Assembly (NCBI GenBank): GCA_963707915.1
Contig: OY970178.1
Span: 1,472,001-1,536,000 of the forward strand
Reading direction: 5' to 3'
DNA from: Candidatus Eiseniibacteriota bacterium
Lineage (GTDB): Bacteria; Eisenbacteria; RBG-16-71-46
DNA length: 64,000 nucleotides
This document shows positions 60,426 through 64,000 of the stretch, piece by piece. Position numbers and translations under genes: made by a program. Position 1 is the stretch's first letter, and every line of letters begins with the position of its first letter. A model generated the notes under the pieces. That model was not told the origin of the DNA. It did no database searches and was given only the letters and a program-made list of their open reading frames with translations.

Positions 60426-61478
60426 ATGAGAGCCAGCCTGGTTTCCCGGCCGTGGGTCGGCCTCGACCTCGGAGGCTTCAGCGTCAAGCTCTTCGCCCTG
60501 CAGCCGGGCGTGGGGACGGCACGCGTGCTGGCCGCCGAGGCCGCCTACCCGATCGCGGCCTCGACCGACCGCGCCCCCTCCGCCGAGGCGGTCGCGCAGG
60601 CCATCTCGGCTTGCGCCGCCCGCGTCGGCGTCTCGCTGCGCGCGATGCGCGGCATCACGGTGGGCATCTCGGGCGCCGACGTCATCGTCAAGCAGATCCA
60701 GCTGCCGCTCATGGACGAGGCCGAGGTCGGCCCGGCGCTGCGTTTCGAGGCGCGCAAGCACCTGCCCTTCGATCCGCAGGCCATGGTCATCGACTTCCAG
60801 GTGCTGGGGCGGTACGTCTCCGAGCGCCGGGTGGACGTGCTGATCGCCGCGGTCTCGCGCGAGCACCTCGAGCGCCACCTGGAACCGCTCGCGCGGCTGG
60901 ACCTGGCCGCCGACATCGTGGACGCTGCCCCGCTCGCCCTGACGAACGCGGTGGCGCACATGGCCACGGGCGACCGCGAGGCGCGGCTGCTGCTCGACAT
61001 CGGGGACGCGGCCTCGCACCTGACGCTCCACCAGCGCGGCGAGCCCTACTTCGCGCGGCGCCTCGACTTCGGCGGCCGCCACCTCACGCAGGCCATCGCC
61101 ACGGCGCTCCAGGTCCCGTTCGAGGAGGCCGAGGAGTGGAAGCTGGCCGCCGGCTCCGACGAGCCGGGCTTCCGCGTGGACTGGGCCGGCCGGGAGCTGC
61201 ACGCGGTGCACGAGGCGCTCGAGGACGAGCTGGTGGACGAGGTGCGGCGCTCGCTCGCCTTCTACCGCACGCTCGGGCGCCTGCCCGATCCGCTGCAGCT
61301 GCAGCTCTCGGGCGGGACGGCGCGCCTGCCCGGCATCGCCGAGCGGCTGGGAGAGATGCTGGAGTTCCCGGTCACGGTCTTCGACCCGTTCGCCGGGCTG
61401 GGCGGCGCCGGCCGCGCGCGCGTCGAAGGCGGGCCGCAGTTCGCCCAGGCTTCCGGCCTCGCGCTGAGGAAGTCATGA
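60426..61478 (+). CDS. pilM: Type IV pilus assembly protein PilM
   Basis: VGLDLG, EARKHLPF, LLDIG, GG, EVRRSLAFY, LSGG, GLALR. Confidence 0.9.
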   Translation: MRASLVSRPWVGLDLGGFSVKLFALQPGVGTARVLAAEAAYPIAASTDRAPSAEAVAQAISACAARVGVSLRAMRGITVGISGADVIVKQIQLPLMDEAEVGPALRFEARKHLPFDPQAMVIDFQVLGRYVSERRVDVLIAAVSREHLERHLEPLARLDLAADIVDAAPLALTNAVAHMATGDREARLLLDIGDAASHLTLHQRGEPYFARRLDFGGRHLTQAIATALQVPFEEAEEWKLAAGSDEPGFRVDWAGRELHAVHEALEDELVDEVRRSLAFYRTLGRLPDPLQLQLSGGTARLPGIAERLGEMLEFPVTVFDPFAGLGGAGRARVEGGPQFAQASGLALRKS

Positions 61479-62056
61479 GCCCCGTCTTCACCGTCAACTT
61501 CCGACGCGAGGCCTACCGGCTGGAGCTGGCGCGCACGCGCCGGCGCGCGGTGGCCGTGGGCGTCTGGGTGGCCTATTTCGGCGTGCTGGCCATCGCGCTG
61601 GGGCTCTATGGCCTCAACTGCGCATCGCTCACCCGGCGCGCGCACCTGCTCGACGTCCAGAACACGCGCGCGCTCGCCCGCCCCAATCCGATCGCGGCCT
61701 GGACACCCGGGTCTGCCGAGCTCGCGCAGGTCGAGCGCGCGCTCGCCAACCCCCGCCAGTGGCAGGTCCGGCTGGCACGGCTCGCCACGCTGCTGCCCGC
61801 CGATGCGATGGTGACCTCGGTGAGCGCGAATCCGGACAACCAGTCCAGCGACGCCGACCGGGAGCGGTTGGTCATCGTCGGGATGCTGCGGCCCGCGCCC
61901 GGGGCGGATCGGATGCAGGGCATCATGGCCCTGGTCACCGCGCTGCACTCCGACTCGCTGTTCTCGGCGCAGTACCCGACCATCCGGCTGGTGGAGTCCC
62001 GCACCGGCGGCGGCGCGGACGCGCCGGCCGAGTTCCGCATCGAGTGCCGCCGATGA
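61475..62056 (+). CDS. PilN-like protein
   Basis: TVNF resembling the INLL motif, single TM segment, position after pilM, ends FRIEC. Confidence 0.7.
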   Translation: MSPVFTVNFRREAYRLELARTRRRAVAVGVWVAYFGVLAIALGLYGLNCASLTRRAHLLDVQNTRALARPNPIAAWTPGSAELAQVERALANPRQWQVRLARLATLLPADAMVTSVSANPDNQSSDADRERLVIVGMLRPAPGADRMQGIMALVTALHSDSLFSAQYPTIRLVESRTGGGADAPAEFRIECRR

Positions 62057-62613
62057 GCCCCACCTGGATGAATCTCGCGCGCCGCAACCGGCAGGCCTTT
62101 GCCGCGCTGCTCGTCTGCCTGGCGTTCGCCGTCGCGCACGCTGCCGTCTTCCAGCCCGTGCTGGCCCGCTATCGCAAGGACGCGCGCCGGGCCACCGAGT
62201 TGGGCATGCCGCTCGACGCCGACAGCGCGCTGCCGGCCCCCTCGCAGCGTGCGGCGATCCTGTTCGCCGGCAACTCGCTCAATGCCGTGGTCGCCGAGGA
62301 GCAGGGCGCCTCGGGCGCGCTCACCGCGGGCCTGCTCGACGAGGTGACGAGGAGCGTGGCGAAGTGCGGTCTGGAGGTCGTCTCCACCGAGCAGGGTCTG
62401 GTGACGCAACTGCCCTCCAGCGTCCAGGTGCGCGCGCACCTGAAGCTGCGGGGCCGCTATTCCGCCTTCGTGGACCTGCTCGGCGAGCTCTCGCGCTCGG
62501 GGAACCTGATCGCGGTGGAACGCTTCTCCCTGCAGGCCGGCGCCGCCGGCGGCCAGGACATCGAGATCTGGATGAGCCAGCTCATCCTCAAGCGCACGCG
62601 GGGCTCCCGATGA
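62053..62613 (+). CDS. PilO/GspM-like protein
   Basis: Single TM segment; LKLRGRYSAFVDLLGEL…IAVE. Confidence 0.72.
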   Translation: MSPTWMNLARRNRQAFAALLVCLAFAVAHAAVFQPVLARYRKDARRATELGMPLDADSALPAPSQRAAILFAGNSLNAVVAEEQGASGALTAGLLDEVTRSVAKCGLEVVSTEQGLVTQLPSSVQVRAHLKLRGRYSAFVDLLGELSRSGNLIAVERFSLQAGAAGGQDIEIWMSQLILKRTRGSR

Positions 62614-63095
62614 GATTCGACCTCTCGCGGCTGGTAGGCCCGCTGGTCGCCGCCCTGGTGCTGGTACTGATCCTCCAGCAGACGATCGGCGCGCTGCGCG
62701 CGGGGGGGGTCTGGGGCCAGCCTCACGGCACCGCCGCGCCGCCGGCGAGCCCCTTCACACGGATCGAGGGCCTGCTCGCAGCCGACGCCGGCGATCCGCC
62801 GGCCGCGCTGCGCGACCCGTTCTCCTTCGGGCGCGCGCCGGCCCCCGTGCCGGCACGCCGGCCGGCGGCGCGGTCTGCGCCCGCGCCGGCCGCGCCCGCC
62901 CGGCCGGTGCTCACCTCCATCGTCTGGCTGGAGAGCAACCCGAGCGCGACGCTGCGCTGGAACGGCCGCGACTACCCGGTGCAGACCAACACGCTGTTCG
63001 ACGAATTCCGGGTCCAGAACATCACCCGGAACCAGGTGACCCTCGTGCGCGGAGGCGAGACCTTCGTGCTGCAGCTCCCCAAGAAAGGAGACTAG
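62610..63095 (+). CDS. PilP/GspC-like protein
   Basis: RDPF, Pro/Ala linker, LTSIVW…ATL…VQNITRNQVTL. Confidence 0.65.
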   Translation: MRFDLSRLVGPLVAALVLVLILQQTIGALRAGGVWGQPHGTAAPPASPFTRIEGLLAADAGDPPAALRDPFSFGRAPAPVPARRPAARSAPAPAAPARPVLTSIVWLESNPSATLRWNGRDYPVQTNTLFDEFRVQNITRNQVTLVRGGETFVLQLPKKGD

Positions 63096-63097
63096 GC

Positions 63098-64000
63098 GTG
63101 CACCGCTTCCTCCGCGCCTCCCGCAACGTGTCCCTGGCCGTGGGGCTGGGGCTGCTCGCCGTGCTGGTCCGGCCCGTGCTCGGCGCCGCTCCCGCGACTG
63201 CTCCGGCGGTGGTGGACCGGCTCATCACCCTCGACGCCGAGGACGCGCCGCTGCCCAGCGTGCTCAAGATCCTCGCCGAGAAGGGTGACCTCAACATCAT
63301 CACCGGGGTCGGGGCCTCGAGCAGCGGACGGCTCACCATCCACATGAAGGACGTCCCGCTCGACCAGGCGGTGAACCTGGTCGTGCGGGCGGCCGGCCTG
63401 GCCTACGAACGCATCGGCAACTCCATCCTGGTGGCGGCACCCCAAGCGCTCAAGGAGGAGACCGGGCTCTCGTCCTACGTCGTGGACCTCAAGTACGCCG
63501 ACGCCGCCGACGTCAAGGAGGCGCTCAAGACCATCGCCGGCGACATCCAGGTGGACCGGGGCGGCAACCGGCTGGTGGTGGTGACGAGCCCGCGGGTGAT
63601 CTCGCAGATCGCGGAGATCGTGCGCGTCCTGGACGTGCCCGCGCGGCAGGTGGTGCTCGAGGCGCGCATCCTCGAGGTCTCGACCGGCGACGCGATCAAG
63701 CTCGGCATCGACTGGGACCGGCTCAACAGCCAGGGCTTCGTCATCGTCGAGGGCGGCTCCGGTACGGCCAAGCAGGGCGCCATACCCGACTCGCTGTCGT
63801 TCTTCGGCTCGGCGGGATCCAAGACCCTGTTCGACGTGCGCCCGATGGCCCGGCAGGCCCTGGCGTGGCAGACGGCCGTGGACCTGATGATCCACGAGGG
63901 CAAGGCGCGCGTGCTCGCCAGCCCCAAGATCGCCACGCTGAACGGGCGCGAGGCCTCGATCCTGATCGGCTCGCGCATCCCCTTCGTCGTGACCGGGACG
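63098..64000 (+). CDS. Secretin (PilQ/GspD family), runs off the window
   Basis: Manual translation: ITLDAEDAPL, DVPLDQAV, LKYADA, LDVPARQVVLEARILEV, LGIDW, LASPKIATLNGREASI; SD AAAGGAG. Confidence 0.9.
   Translation, partial: MHRFLRASRNVSLAVGLGLLAVLVRPVLGAAPATAPAVVDRLITLDAEDAPLPSVLKILAEKGDLNIITGVGASSSGRLTIHMKDVPLDQAVNLVVRAAGLAYERIGNSILVAAPQALKEETGLSSYVVDLKYADAADVKEALKTIAGDIQVDRGGNRLVVVTSPRVISQIAEIVRVLDVPARQVVLEARILEVSTGDAIKLGIDWDRLNSQGFVIVEGGSGTAKQGAIPDSLSFFGSAGSKTLFDVRPMARQALAWQTAVDLMIHEGKARVLASPKIATLNGREASILIGSRIPFVVTGT

Overview
A very GC-rich bacterial chromosomal segment, mostly housekeeping genes. Inference only: PorV-like and FlgD-Ig/T9SS-like C-terminal-domain proteins suggest an FCB-related lineage such as Ca. 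Eisenbacteria. Left to right: peptidoglycan recycling (murQ, solute-binding lipoprotein, anmK); a lower-GC secreted choice-of-anchor-L-like gene with a frameshifted sorting domain; mutM; a DEAD-box-like helicase with degenerate motifs (EEAD); a sensorless sigma-54 activator/AlaX/secreted-protein operon; moaC-moeA; etfBA followed by a complex I operon nuoA-H,J-N that lacks nuoI; a 2-hydroxyacid dehydrogenase; a putative outer-membrane protein; a heterodimeric ABC exporter; an XRE-cupin regulator; acyl-CoA synthetase, methyltransferase, deacetylase-like and GT-C genes; MacA/MacB-like genes without an ATPase; mntH-USP; and an FN3/FN3-CTD/PorV operon divergent from a type IV pilus/T2SS-like cluster (pilT, B, C, pilin, three minor pilins, M, N, O, P, Q). 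Non-coding highlights are a family of ~70-bp intergenic hairpins with an invariant 13-nt loop and co-varying stems, a symmetric bidirectional promoter, and two sigma-54 promoter motifs. No rRNA, tRNA, CRISPR array or transposase was recognised. All calls come from motif reading by eye; no searches were run.
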